Below are positions 1 through 11,500 of a DNA stretch of 64,000 nt, piece after piece (the stretch's first letter is position 1; each line of letters begins with the position of its first letter). The translations under genes and the position numbers were made by a program. The notes beneath the pieces are model-generated. The model did no database searches, was not told the origin of the DNA, and saw nothing but the letters and a program-made list of their open reading frames with translations. The DNA lies in the IMG/VR virus record IMGVR_UViG_3300047510_001118, positions 186,001-250,000 of that record; one strand, 5' to 3'.

Positions 1-3000
1 ACAAAGAACTGATAGGCCATGCCGTCTCCGTCCCAGCCAGCAAATTCACCTTGTACATTGACTGTATTTGGCATATTAACTACTGATCCCGGAATTCCCG
101 CAGGAATAGTACTTTGAATCTTATCTGGTCCACCTACTAATACTGTACCAGCAATCAACTGTCCTGTGAATGTATTTGATCCACCTTGACTTAATCTGCT
201 GGTTAAATAGGATTTAATAGCCTTTTGAGTTGGAATTAGTTCGTTGCTGTTAGCAATAAATGTTGAATCTGTACTAAATTGTCTAATAACAACAGATGCT
301 TGTCCAACGGCAATACCACCTAAACTCAGTGTTTCTAATCCTGATAATCCAAACTGGCTAGCACTTAAGGTAACAATACCTGTAGCCTGTTCAACACCGA
401 ACAAGTCGCCAACTTTAAAGTTACCGTCTTGGTCTGTACTTGTATAAAACACGCGACCAAAGTTTACCTCAACTGCTTGATCCTGAGGTGCTAGAACAGT
501 TTCTTCTGGAACATCTGGATAATTTGTTTGTTCAAAATTACCGTAACCAATATATAGATAGTCGTGTCCTGTTAATCGAGCCTGACTATATTTTGTTCTA
601 ATTAATACTGGAGTTTCGTGATCCGGAGTTTCAGAAGATCGAATTTCCGGACCTACGGTTATATTTGCCTGTATGTTAGGAGCAACGGTACCAAATACTG
701 CTGTTGCTCCTGTAATTTTATAAATTTGATCATTACCTTGTATAACTAAGTTATCCCCGGGTCCTGGTAATCTAGTTAAATTCTTAACAGTTAATGTAAG
801 GCCGGTTTGATATTTGTCAGCATAACCACCGCCTCGAATAGCCACTGCTGTTGATGTAGTATTATATCCCTGGCCTCGGTTTAAAAATGTTGGATTTCCT
901 AGTGTACCGTTACTAATTCTTGGAATTATAGAAGCATTTACAGTCACGTTTGGATCTCTAATAGTTATAGTTGGGGCCGATGCGTAATTAGAACCAGGTT
1001 CCCAAACAGCCACACCTGTGATTCTATTAGATGTAACAGTGACTCTTCCTTTTGTTTTTGCTCCGGCTTTGATTAGTGTAGCATTGTTCTGCCCCGAGAC
1101 TGTTACAAATGCTCCGTCTTTAGACGGTTCAACCCAACCGAATGTCACTGCTCCGTATGGATCGCTAGTAACTGTTCTACGTTTCCAGTTAAATCCGTCT
1201 TCGCTGGTCCAGGCAATATCTGAATTAGCATTTAATACTAAAAATACTCCTTGACCGTAACAGATTTTAGTTCCGGTAATTTCATAGGCACTCTGTTGCC
1301 ATGTTTGGCCATCAGTGCTAAACGCTGGTTTTCCTACAGTGCTAGAAATAGCAACAAACACACCGTTACCGTAGGCTACATCAGACCAATCTTCTGACGC
1401 AGGTAATGTTGTTATTGACCAAGATGTTCCGTTAGTGCTTAATGCAGCCGACGTTCCGCCCGATGCTACCGCAACAAATTTACCTGCTCCATAGCATAAA
1501 CCAGTCCACGATGCCGAAGTCGTTAACCCTGTCCCCGTGACCCATGTATTACCAAAGTCTGTCGAATAGGCTGCTGTTGCGTTCACTGCTGGGATAGGAT
1601 TCATTGGATCATCGTTATTAGCAGGTATATAAGTTGCTATGGCAACAAATTTACTGTTTCCATAAACTACTTTATTCCAACCGGATTTAGTTGGTAGTGT
1701 CGTTCTTTTCCAGCCGTCGCCGTTTGATTTTGAGACTAATGCTGTAGACTGTGTAGCAGTTGCGCCACCGCTGTAGGCAATTATTACCCAATAACTGTTT
1801 CCGTAGGCAATTCCTGACCATTGATCTCCAACTGGTAATGTAATCGGTGTCCATGTTTCACCGTCAACTGATCGTCCGATCGTCTGTTGACCGTCTGGCA
1901 CTGCCATAAAGAACCCGTTACCATATTCGATATCTATCCACTCGCTGCCTGTGGCCAGTGCGTTTGTCTGAGAATCTTCTTGAGTAAATCCCGGTGCTAA
2001 GAATGTAATTCTTGGTTCAATAAAATAGATACAAGAATTATCTAATGTTGATTCTATTGGTGTTCCAGGATTGATATGATCCCATCCTGCAGCGGCCACA
2101 TTCATCGAACCTGTATTAGAAATCAGTGTCAGTGGAAGACCTCCCTGTGTAGTGCTTACACTAAATTGTGTGTCGCTGTCGATAGTTTTAATAAAATATT
2201 CCTGGTCACTGGTCACTCCACCAAATAAATTAGTAGAAAACGTTGCTGTCATCGAACCAAATCCAAATGATACAGAAGATCTAGCATTAGTTGAAGTACC
2301 TACCATTGTTCCTGAAGCAGTAGATAACGAAACTAATCCGTCTGAAGTTTTAGCATACATCAAACCGGTTGCTGTTGCTAGGTTTACAGATGAACCCCCA
2401 GGAACACCGCTGATCGTAAACGATACACCGTCGTTAACCGCAAGTATGTAATAGATATTTCCTGTTACTATACCACCAAACGTATTTCCAATAAATTTAA
2501 TTGGAGCATTGGCTACAAAACCTGCTGTAGATGTCACAGTAATTAAGTTTGTTACGGCCTGGGTAGCAGTAGCATCTACTTCAATTAGTGTTGGTGTTAT
2601 TGTAAATTCAGTGCCGCCGGCAATATTAGTAATATAATATTTTTGTCCTACACTTATTCCTCCGAACACAGATCCAGAAAATACAATCGGATTTAGAGGC
2701 ACTAGTGATACAGTTGAGTCGCAGGTTATGCGACCGTTAGCACTGTTTGTTGCTGTGGCTGATATTGTAACTAGATTAGTAGAAACTGTAAATTGGGTTG
2801 AACTAATCACATCGTTGACGTAGTACGTATCTCCGATGGTTATTCCTCCTAGTGCTAGACCAGTAAACTGTATTGGCATGTTAGGTAACATGTTTGTAGT
2901 TAAGCCAATTAGGTAACTGGTATAACCCGGAAATACCATGTACATATCTTGTTCGTCGTCGCCTTCGGCATTACTTAGATTCCATATTGTTCCAAACTGT

Positions 3001-6000
3001 TCTGTACTGATTGTGAATCGTGTTCCGTCTAAGATTTCCCTTATATAATAGGTAAAACCTGTAGTAACACCGCCGTAAGGTGTGCCGATAAATCTTATTG
3101 GCATATTAACAGTTAGCAATGCTGTACTAGAAACTACAATCCAGTTATCCTGCCCGCCAAATGTTTCAATAATCTGTAGTTGATTATTAGATGTATCTGT
3201 AATATTAGTTGAATAATATGTAGGTATAAATCTTATCTGTTGGTCGACGTATAGCGTACTAGTATTTCCGCTAGATAATGTAAACAATCCGCTAGAATTT
3301 TCTGTAGTACCAACATTTAACAAATCAAACGAATCTTTTACTACTGCGGCTGTTTTATTAAATGCGTTAAAATCAGCAATATATCCGTACTGTCCGGCAC
3401 CTGTGCCGCTTTGTATAAACAATCTCATACCAACGTAATTATTTGCTTCTCCTATGTCGGACTGAGCAATAGTAAAGGTTACTTCGTCTCCTGTTTGTCC
3501 GTTATTTGAGCTAACTAGATATCCTCTACCGCCCGTGCCCGTTCCGGTATCTACAATTCGTCCTTCAAATACTGCGCCGCCACGTAGTTCGTCACCGATA
3601 GCCACAGCATCTATGCCTGCTCCTGTGATTACATAGTCAGCATTAGTAGTGATATTGTTTGTTGTTGTATTAGCATAGAATGTTAACCCTGTACCAATTT
3701 GTATTTGAGCGCCATAGATTCTTGTAGTACCTGAGAATCCTAACTTTCCTCTTGGATAAATTCTAAATTGTAGATTATTATTAAAGGCATTAGTATCGTA
3801 GATTCTCATCCACAATCTATACCAGCCGTTAGGCAACTCAACTGCTCCGTATTCAACCGGGGTTAAGCCGCCACCTTCGCTGTAAGTCGTAATTATTTCT
3901 GTTTCAAAATTATAACTTACACCGCTAGATACTGTTGATGTTCCGCTAAAAATACCATATAAATCAATAAGTTGTGCGGTACCCCGTTTTACGTGTAGAC
4001 TTAGAGTATATTTTAAATTGCTGTTTGTTGGTACTGTTCCTGTAGCAGTAACCGTTGCGATAGAACTTCCTGACAGTGTTACAACTGTTATAATACAGTC
4101 GTTATCGCCATCTACACCGCCTAGTTGACTACCTAATATTCTTAATTGATTTCCTACAACATATCCGCCGCCACCAGTGTTGACTGTAACTGTATACTCT
4201 GTGGCTCCTACTACTACATCAAATAAAGAACCAATGCCAGAACCAGTGATGTTAAGAGCGTCAAGGCTAGTATAATTAGCACCTGGAGGCGCTATTGATA
4301 TATTTTGATATAGATATGATGTATCAGTATTAGATGTTAGTCCTGCTACTGTCCAAGCATTAGTTTCACCTGTTGGAGAAACTAGATTTTTTTGTAATGT
4401 AAGATTTCCATCCGAAATCCAAATACCATTTAAAAATTCGTTACTGTATTTTAGTAAATTCGTTGTTTGTTCAAAATAATTAGAACCAGCATTAGCGTAC
4501 TGCATGGACAATATTTCTGCGTTAACACCAAATGCGCTTTGAACTATAGCCTGTACTTGACTAGAACGATTATCTACTAGAGCAGTTACTGGATCTTCTT
4601 CTGGGTCAAAGCCTTCAGCAATAACACCGAAGGTACCATATGAGCTGTTACCATTAGTAGCACGGATACGTCCACCGTCTTCAGCAAAATAGCCAGCATA
4701 AGCATAGTATGAGAATACAGAAACTGCCTCAGTTAAAGAGCCTGTGCCAGTACACCAGCAACCGATACCATCGCTGATAACCTGTGTGAAGTCGTTGGTT
4801 GTGATAGATTTATTGCCACCGTTGTGTAAAGTGCCGTCGACTTTATAACCCACACAACCGTTACCAAATGTAGTTACGTTTTGTATGTAAGGGGAACGCT
4901 TCATGATCCATACAGATGTGTCATTAGGACCAGTTCCTGGATCTAAACTTACATAAGCACCGCCAGTTGGTCTGCGTGTACCAAAACTATTTGGTGCTGT
5001 TAGTGTTCCTTCTAAACCTGCTAGAGTCATGTTACGTATGCCTGTGGCATTTCTTACATAGAACATGTCTTTAAGATTATTTCCAGCATAGACTCTCATG
5101 TAACCGGAACCGTTTGGTATTGGCAATATATCCCCGCCAGGTGTAAGAGATATAGAAACATCTTTAGTCAATGTGTTGATACTTTTAACATAATATGTTT
5201 GGCCTGTAGTTATTCCGCCAAAGTCGTCGTTGACGGTGGCTGCTACGAATTGTATCGGATCATTAACTTCTAAATTTTCAACAGATTGTAATTTAAATGC
5301 GCTAACAGATGTTAGGGACAATGTTGTATAACTTATAAAAGAATTTTTAGGACGGACCACTACTCCTCTTAGTTCGTCACCAATTAAGGCAGTGTTGTCT
5401 GGAAGTGAAATAGGCAAGTCTTCAAAATAAGTTCCGGTTTTTACAAAAATAGAAGTGGTAATTCCATAGTTAGGTAAAGGAACGTTCTTAGTATTAGCAT
5501 CTTGGATAGCGGATATTAAGATATCCATTAAACTGGTTATTTCAATATATGCTGATGGTTCTGCTTGATAAGCATTGTTAAAGACCTGTGGGTCTATATA
5601 TGTAGGAGTCGGAATGATGACCCAATCTGATTCCCAGTTTTCTGCTACTCCCGGTTCTCTGCTGATGTTGTCGTTGATTAAACTAGAATACCAAAACCCT
5701 TGATAGTAAATAACATCATCTTCGTTGTAGGTATCAGTACTAATCCAAGTTCTGTTAATCTGTTGATAGTTAGTAAGAACTTCGTCTTGTTCTAACGCAT
5801 ATTGAATAATTGTTTTTAATTGTGTCAGCGCGGCCACAATATATTCTTGTGCGTCATCTGTGGCTTCATTCCTAAATGATGTTGTACTACCTTCCGCAAA
5901 AAATGCTAGAGTTGTGTATACTGTTTTACTATTACTGCCTCTAGTAATATCATATAATAGGGCATCAATTACTAATTTAGCATCTCTTTTTGTAGAAAAT

Positions 6001-7784
6001 TCATCAAAGACTGAGGAAGATGTAAACGGTGCTTGATTATTTTCTTTTCTATTAAGCATCCATTCCCACATCTCTCTTACTAAAAATTCTTTATTTGCTC
6101 TTAGTAAAAATTCTGCTTGTAGATTAGTGTTACCTAATGCTGACTGCTCGCAGGCATATTTAATTGAGTTAAATGGTTTATCCCAGGTATGACCATAACC
6201 TTCTGTGTCTTGGCCTTCTGTAGTAACATAAAAAACACGAGGAACTAAGAACATTTCGCGCCATGCTGGTTGGATATCATCCCCAGTTTTAACAACACGA
6301 AGCATATAATCTTCAGTTTCACCTGTAGTTTGAGAATCTGGATCAATAATTGGCAGGGCTATACTTTCGCCGTTGAGCACTGTTACAATATCTCCGGCAG
6401 TGTTACCGGCATTAGCGGGATCATGGCGAACAAACCAAACCCAATATTCGTTGTCAGCATCTACGTCTGGACGAAATAAATTACTTGAAGAATGATTTCG
6501 AATACATTGATAGGTGGCATTTGCCCAAACTACTAATTCGCCTACAGAGTAACTGGTGTTGGGTATCCAGAAACTTCTCCAATTATTGCTTGGAACTAAA
6601 ATGCTCCAATTGGTATAATTAACCCCAACTATGAGAATGTCTTCTTCGTCGATCGGTTCTCTATTTGGTTCATCGCTGACAATGATTGTCGTAGCATTAA
6701 CTACCTTAGAAATTGTTTGGCCTTGTAAGAAACCATTTCCTACCAGTGTCATGCCTGGAACTAAACCACTAGTCGAATCTAATACTACTGTAGTTCCAGA
6801 GCTGCCTGTGGCTTCATATGTTTTATTAACTTCATAGAATACAGGATCCTCTCCTGTGCTGTCAACAAGAGCTACAAATAGAGTTCCGGCTCTGCGTACT
6901 AGATCTCCAACGTGATAATCAACGCCACCGTCCCAGTTATTTCTTACTCTGTAACCTTGAGTAATTAATTCCCACTCTGTAGCGTTCATTGACGGTATAA
7001 TACCGCTATTACCAACAATTTTATTTAGATATGAATATCCGCCGTATTTTACAATATCGCCTGGCTGATATGTTGCCGTTTCTGTCCAAGTATCAGTATA
7101 CTCGGCGCCTGGCATCCATAGTGACCAATTTGCGTCTTGGAACTCGCTGCCTGATGTGTGCCCCGCTGAGCATACATAAAGACCAGCACCAACTTTTGCT
7201 AAATCATTCTTTTTATATCTAGTAGCGGCTGTCCAGTTTGATTTGTATTCTAATCCTTCGTGTACAATTTCCCATTTGCTTTGATCTGTTTCAAGACCCT
7301 GTGCTGCCGAAACTGATGATAAATGATTTTGTATACAACGATAAACTATTCCGCCGTATTTTACAATATCTCCTACACCATAAACAGTGCCTGTACTCCA
7401 ATTAACATTCCAACTGTCGTAACTAGAATATGTATCCCATTTAGAAATGTCAATTTGGCTAGATCCGCTAGTATGTTGTTCAACGCAGAGATATGCGCGA
7501 CCGCCGTATTTTACAATATTTCCGAGACTGTAAAATGTGTTTGGTTGCCACTCGTCTCTCCACTGTCTTCCGTCAATAACTAGATCCCATCTTGGCGCAA
7601 GACCGCCTTCACCAGTAATAAAGTTTAAATCGTCATAGAAATTAGTAGCCGAAGTATGCGGAGTTAAACAAACGTAAGACTTGCCCTGATATTGAACAAT
7701 AGCATCTCTATTGTAGGTAACAGCGGCGGCCCATTGACCTCTCCACGTAAAACGCAGTCTACCAATTTTAAATTCTTGTGCCAT
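1..7784 (-). CDS. Giant multidomain virion/adhesin-like protein, >=2594 aa, runs off the left edge (CBM5/12-like repeats, beta-helix, carbohydrate-binding module, tandem beta repeats, beta-propeller)
   Basis: ATG at 7784 after an AGGA RBS gives MAQEFKIGRLRFTWRGQW. The same frame reads ...GEFAGWDGDGMAYQFF at positions 50-3. The ORF track lists no minus-strand ORF here, consistent with no in-window stop. Motifs: repeated W...Y..GDIVKYGG..Y.C...H.S, VFYVTTEGQD...WDKPF.SIKYA, GDELR, W..v.YGNG.FVAV repeats, RLTGHDYLYIG. Confidence 0.9.
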   Translation of the reverse strand, partial: MAQEFKIGRLRFTWRGQWAAAVTYNRDAIVQYQGKSYVCLTPHTSATNFYDDLNFITGEGGLAPRWDLVIDGRQWRDEWQPNTFYSLGNIVKYGGRAYLCVEQHTSGSSQIDISKWDTYSSYDSWNVNWSTGTVYGVGDIVKYGGIVYRCIQNHLSSVSAAQGLETDQSKWEIVHEGLEYKSNWTAATRYKKNDLAKVGAGLYVCSAGHTSGSEFQDANWSLWMPGAEYTDTWTETATYQPGDIVKYGGYSYLNKIVGNSGIIPSMNATEWELITQGYRVRNNWDGGVDYHVGDLVRRAGTLFVALVDSTGEDPVFYEVNKTYEATGSSGTTVVLDSTSGLVPGMTLVGNGFLQGQTISKVVNATTIIVSDEPNREPIDEEDILIVGVNYTNWSILVPSNNWRSFWIPNTSYSVGELVVWANATYQCIRNHSSSNLFRPDVDADNEYWVWFVRHDPANAGNTAGDIVTVLNGESIALPIIDPDSQTTGETEDYMLRVVKTGDDIQPAWREMFLVPRVFYVTTEGQDTEGYGHTWDKPFNSIKYACEQSALGNTNLQAEFLLRANKEFLVREMWEWMLNRKENNQAPFTSSSVFDEFSTKRDAKLVIDALLYDITRGSNSKTVYTTLAFFAEGSTTSFRNEATDDAQEYIVAALTQLKTIIQYALEQDEVLTNYQQINRTWISTDTYNEDDVIYYQGFWYSSLINDNISREPGVAENWESDWVIIPTPTYIDPQVFNNAYQAEPSAYIEITSLMDILISAIQDANTKNVPLPNYGITTSIFVKTGTYFEDLPISLPDNTALIGDELRGVVVRPKNSFISYTTLSLTSVSAFKLQSVENLEVNDPIQFVAATVNDDFGGITTGQTYYVKSINTLTKDVSISLTPGGDILPIPNGSGYMRVYAGNNLKDMFYVRNATGIRNMTLAGLEGTLTAPNSFGTRRPTGGAYVSLDPGTGPNDTSVWIMKRSPYIQNVTTFGNGCVGYKVDGTLHNGGNKSITTNDFTQVISDGIGCWCTGTGSLTEAVSVFSYYAYAGYFAEDGGRIRATNGNSSYGTFGVIAEGFDPEEDPVTALVDNRSSQVQAIVQSAFGVNAEILSMQYANAGSNYFEQTTNLLKYSNEFLNGIWISDGNLTLQKNLVSPTGETNAWTVAGLTSNTDTSYLYQNISIAPPGANYTSLDALNITGSGIGSLFDVVVGATEYTVTVNTGGGGYVVGNQLRILGSQLGGVDGDNDCIITVVTLSGSSIATVTATGTVPTNSNLKYTLSLHVKRGTAQLIDLYGIFSGTSTVSSGVSYNFETEIITTYSEGGGLTPVEYGAVELPNGWYRLWMRIYDTNAFNNNLQFRIYPRGKLGFSGTTRIYGAQIQIGTGLTFYANTTTNNITTNADYVITGAGIDAVAIGDELRGGAVFEGRIVDTGTGTGGRGYLVSSNNGQTGDEVTFTIAQSDIGEANNYVGMRLFIQSGTGAGQYGYIADFNAFNKTAAVVKDSFDLLNVGTTENSSGLFTLSSGNTSTLYVDQQIRFIPTYYSTNITDTSNNQLQIIETFGGQDNWIVVSSTALLTVNMPIRFIGTPYGGVTTGFTYYIREILDGTRFTISTEQFGTIWNLSNAEGDDEQDMYMVFPGYTSYLIGLTTNMLPNMPIQFTGLALGGITIGDTYYVNDVISSTQFTVSTNLVTISATATNSANGRITCDSTVSLVPLNPIVFSGSVFGGISVGQKYYITNIAGGTEFTITPTLIEVDATATQAVTNLITVTSTAGFVANAPIKFIGNTFGGIVTGNIYYILAVNDGVSFTISGVPGGSSVNLATATGLMYAKTSDGLVSLSTASGTMVGTSTNARSSVSFGFGSMTATFSTNLFGGVTSDQEYFIKTIDSDTQFSVSTTQGGLPLTLISNTGSMNVAAAGWDHINPGTPIESTLDNSCIYFIEPRITFLAPGFTQEDSQTNALATGSEWIDIEYGNGFFMAVPDGQQTIGRSVDGETWTPITLPVGDQWSGIAYGNSYWVIIAYSGGATATQSTALVSKSNGDGWKRTTLPTKSGWNKVVYGNSKFVAIATYIPANNDDPMNPIPAVNATAAYSTDFGNTWVTGTGLTTSASWTGLCYGAGKFVAVASGGTSAALSTNGTSWSITTLPASEDWSDVAYGNGVFVAISSTVGKPAFSTDGQTWQQSAYEITGTKICYGQGVFLVLNANSDIAWTSEDGFNWKRRTVTSDPYGAVTFGWVEPSKDGAFVTVSGQNNATLIKAGAKTKGRVTVTSNRITGVAVWEPGSNYASAPTITIRDPNVTVNASIIPRISNGTLGNPTFLNRGQGYNTTSTAVAIRGGGYADKYQTGLTLTVKNLTRLPGPGDNLVIQGNDQIYKITGATAVFGTVAPNIQANITVGPEIRSSETPDHETPVLIRTKYSQARLTGHDYLYIGYGNFEQTNYPDVPEETVLAPQDQAVEVNFGRVFYTSTDQDGNFKVGDLFGVEQATGIVTLSASQFGLSGLETLSLGGIAVGQASVVIRQFSTDSTFIANSNELIPTQKAIKSYLTSRLSQGGSNTFTGQLIAGTVLVGGPDKIQSTIPAGIPGSVVNMPNTVNVQGEFAGWDGDGMAYQFF

Positions 7785-7818
7785 TTCTAAATTTCCTTTT
7801 AATTCTCAGCTCTATTAC

Positions 7819-8190
7819 TTATGAAACAATAAATTCGGGAGGATAATTGTATGCTTGATTAATTCTAACTACAAACTCTCCTTGGTCATTAATATAATAA
7901 AATAGGCTTCGATTGTCCCAGCGATATTGATCCCATTGTAGATTTTTATAAGGTCTTGAGTGGTCAGACTCTGCTCTACCGTCAAAGAAATCTACGCCAT
8001 ATTCAAAATCTTGAAAGTCGTCATCACTAAATCCTGGATTATTAATTATAACGCTGGCTTCTTCGTCTTGGAGATTGTCTACTTTTACAAAATATATCAA
8101 TCCGTCGTCTGTTCTACGGATGGCATAAAAATAACGTACAGAAGAATCTCCTACTGTATCTCCGGGTGTATTTCCTACAAAATATGACAT
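7819..8190 (-). CDS. Hypothetical phage protein, 123 aa
   Basis: ORF track; AGGA RBS; co-oriented within the structural operon. Confidence 0.75.
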   Translation of the reverse strand: MSYFVGNTPGDTVGDSSVRYFYAIRRTDDGLIYFVKVDNLQDEEASVIINNPGFSDDDFQDFEYGVDFFDGRAESDHSRPYKNLQWDQYRWDNRSLFYYINDQGEFVVRINQAYNYPPEFIVS

Positions 8191-8201
8191 AATCTTAATC
8201 C

Positions 8202-8531
8202 TTATTGAATTTCAACGTAGCTCATTACCACATCCAATGATGCCGGTTGGCTAGCTCTAATTTTTAAAATGTTGCTAGGGGCTACGATAAGTTTTTCTCC
8301 GCCGTTTACTGCTCTAAGACTTGAGTTAGGAGGTATAACTACATCCTTAAAATAATATCCCGTGTTTCCTAGATCGTCTGTTACTGTTACGCTGGCTAAA
8401 ATATTACTAGCCGTTAAATTAGCCAAACTCATACCAATTACTGTACCTCGAACAGTTGGTCCAAATGACAACAGTGTCTCGTCTGTGGTTCCGACTTCGT
8501 TTATTACTTTATTTTTGAAAAAATTTGCCAT
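8202..8531 (-). CDS. Small putative virion structural protein, 109 aa (beta-rich)
   Basis: ORF track; MANFFKNKV start with GGA RBS; similar in size and pattern to the 112 aa ORF at 16815-17153. Confidence 0.75.
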   Translation of the reverse strand: MANFFKNKVINEVGTTDETLLSFGPTVRGTVIGMSLANLTASNILASVTVTDDLGNTGYYFKDVVIPPNSSLRAVNGGEKLIVAPSNILKIRASQPASLDVVMSYVEIQ

Positions 8532-8535
8532 TCTA

Positions 8536-11500
8536 TTATCCTAAAATTAACGCATACGTAACCGCGATATCTTCAGCAGTTGCGCCATTAATGCCGCCGC
8601 CAGCACCTGCAGCAGAGTCCCAACTAAGACCATTAAAAATTTCTAATTGTTTAATCTGTGAATTATAGCGTGTCATACCAAGTACTGCATATGTTGGACG
8701 CTGTACACTGTCACCAGTCGGTACTACAAATCCATTTGAACCAGCAATTTTAAAATATCCAGATCCTGTCTGTGTAATTGTAGTTATGCTATCTGCGACC
8801 GTGTTGGTAATTATATTGTCTTTAATCGCAAAGTTTGCCAGTTTAATAGATCCTGTTCCTGTGGCATTAAATGCTAGATCAGTGTTATTAGACAACGGGC
8901 TAATAGTATTGCCATCAATAACAATATTATCAACTTCAACTCTACTTGTTTCTAATCTTGTGGCTGTTAAGTTGGCTGTTAGATTACTATTATTGTAAAA
9001 TCTAATTGTATCGTCGTTGGCGCCAGGCGTTAATTCTGCTGTGATGTAGGTATTTTCATCTAAGTCTGTAACTCTACTATCTAAACGAATCCAATCGGTA
9101 CCGTCGTAACCTTCGTATCGATTTAATGTTGTGTTAAATCGAATCATACCAGCCAGAGGTGTCAGCGGACGTTCCCCTGTAGTTCCTATAGGAATGATAA
9201 TACTTTGATCTGAATCAATAACTATGCTCTTGCCTGTTCCAGGTTGTAAAACAATATCGCTTGTTGAGTTTGATGCTATAACATTTGTGCTGAAATCAAA
9301 TTCTTCAATACGTATTACACCACTGCCGTTAGCAATAAGTTCTAAATCAGAATTGGTTAACGTGGTTTTAATTTGATTATCATTGATTAAAATGTCGCCG
9401 TTAAAAAATTCGTCGCTGGTAATTCTACCTGTGTTATTGAGCGTTGCTGTAGAAATAGTTCCGTCAACAGTTAAATTTTGATCAATAAGAACATTATTTG
9501 ATGGTATATAGACCTTACCAGTACCGTTGGCTATTAATCTTAAATTGCTGTTAGTAACTGTAGTGGTTATTTCATTGTCGTCAATCTTAATATCTTGGAA
9601 TTGGGCAACATCGCCTACAGTTAAATTTGTGTCGATTTCAACACTGCCTGTAACTGTAGTATTACCAATTTGATTTATGTTTCCAGTTATTCCAACTGTG
9701 CCTACTATAGTTGTATTAGATAATGTAGTAGTTCCCTGTACAGTTAATCCCTGATTAATCAGTACATCACTGCCTGATACAATAACTTTACCTGTACCAT
9801 TAGCATCTAAAATTAAATCAGCATCTTCTACATTTGTTACAATAGAATTATTATTAATTGTAATTTGATCAATAATACTTTGACCTAAATAAGCATTAGA
9901 CCATTTTAATAAACTAGTTCCTAACTTATAAGTTTCAGTGGCATCAGGTACTATATTGCTGATAATTCCGCCAACAAACTGAATAGTGTCAGTATCTTGA
10001 TCGCCTAAGATAATGTTTCCGCCAATGGTTACATTACCAACTACATCTAAATTTCCTGTGATGTTTACGTTGTTTTGTAAATTAATTTCGTCACTGGCGG
10101 CAACGATGTTTACATCGCCGCTAAGGCTTGATAAGGTATTGCCACTTAGTCTTAAATTACCAGTGTCAATTCTTGTACCGTCAATATAGGTAGTATTAGT
10201 GCCGTCACTGAATGTAACACCATTTTGAGAAACAATGTTAAAGTTTGCTGTGGTAAATTCTACAGTGCCAGCGGCTTGATTAACATAAAACAAGTCACCA
10301 ACACGGAAGTCACCTCTGTGATCAACTGAACTATAATAAATCTTTGCGCCGTTGAGTTCGACTACTTCGTTTTCTTGTATAACATAAGTTGGATCATTGT
10401 CAACACGATATCCAACGCCAATGTAGGCTAAGTTTTGTCCAATTAGATATGCTATGACGCCTATACCATCACCGTAGACTCCGTAGTTGCCGTAGATTGC
10501 CGCACTACCTATTGCTCGAATTTCTGTACCAAAGTCGCTGTAATCTAACAGAGTAATTGCCGTGGCCGCGCCGCCGGCGCTGGTTCTAATATCTTGTGGT
10601 AATAAAGTGTCATCAACAAATACTGTTGAATTGTTATCCCCATTAAATCTAGCCATTAAGACAGTGTAACTGTCGTTAACTACTGTTGATGTTGGAGGTG
10701 TAAATGTTGAGTTGTATCTTGATATACCTTTACTAATTCTTAAATCGTCAATATAACCGTGAAAGTTTAAATCACCTGTAAATCTTGATCCAATTGTTAA
10801 CGGGCTTTGAACGTATGTTGTTGTATCAGTCCAAGTAGAACCAATTTGATTACCATTTAAAAACATCTTAGTACTAGTACCACTTCTAGAAACTGCTATA
10901 TGATACCATGTACCTGCTGACATTCCGCTAACACCGCTAATTCGTGTAGTATTATTAACAGTATAAACTAATGATCCGCCGGCTGTTATTTGAATCCAAG
11001 GTGCTGATTGATTAGTTGTTGTTCTAAAATCAAGAAGACTAATACCAAATCCTGTAGTTGATCTGTAAAACCAACCTTCGACTGTAAAGTCTCCAGTGCC
11101 AAAATTAAAATCAGAATTACTTGCTATAGTTGCGTAGTCACCAACACCATCTAATGCCAAACTGGCTGTACCAAATTTCTTTTCTGCTGTTGATAGTTTA
11201 GCGTTTCCGTAGGCTGTAATAGTCTTTCCGCCTCTCTCAAACTGTGTTTCTAATCCGGTAATTTTTCCTGTTAGATAAATTTTGCCGTCAGCATCAATTT
11301 TATTAATTACACCAGAACCTAATAAAGTAGTTCCATCTGTATCGTAATAACTTAATGTATTACCTACAGCAAAAGTTCCAGTTTGTCCTGTTAGACGTAG
11401 TTCAGTTTTTCCTGCGCCGGCAAAACCTGTGCTACCACTAGTGGCATAAAAACTACGATTAGCAAAATATGTAAATGAGTTTAACCACTCAATGCGTGTA

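Noticed and set aside
7039-7519. CRISPR array or DGR template/variable repeat
   Set aside because: The repeats are in-frame coding motifs with irregular 150 and 312 nt spacing; there is no reverse transcriptase or cas gene and no adenine-specific mismatch pattern.
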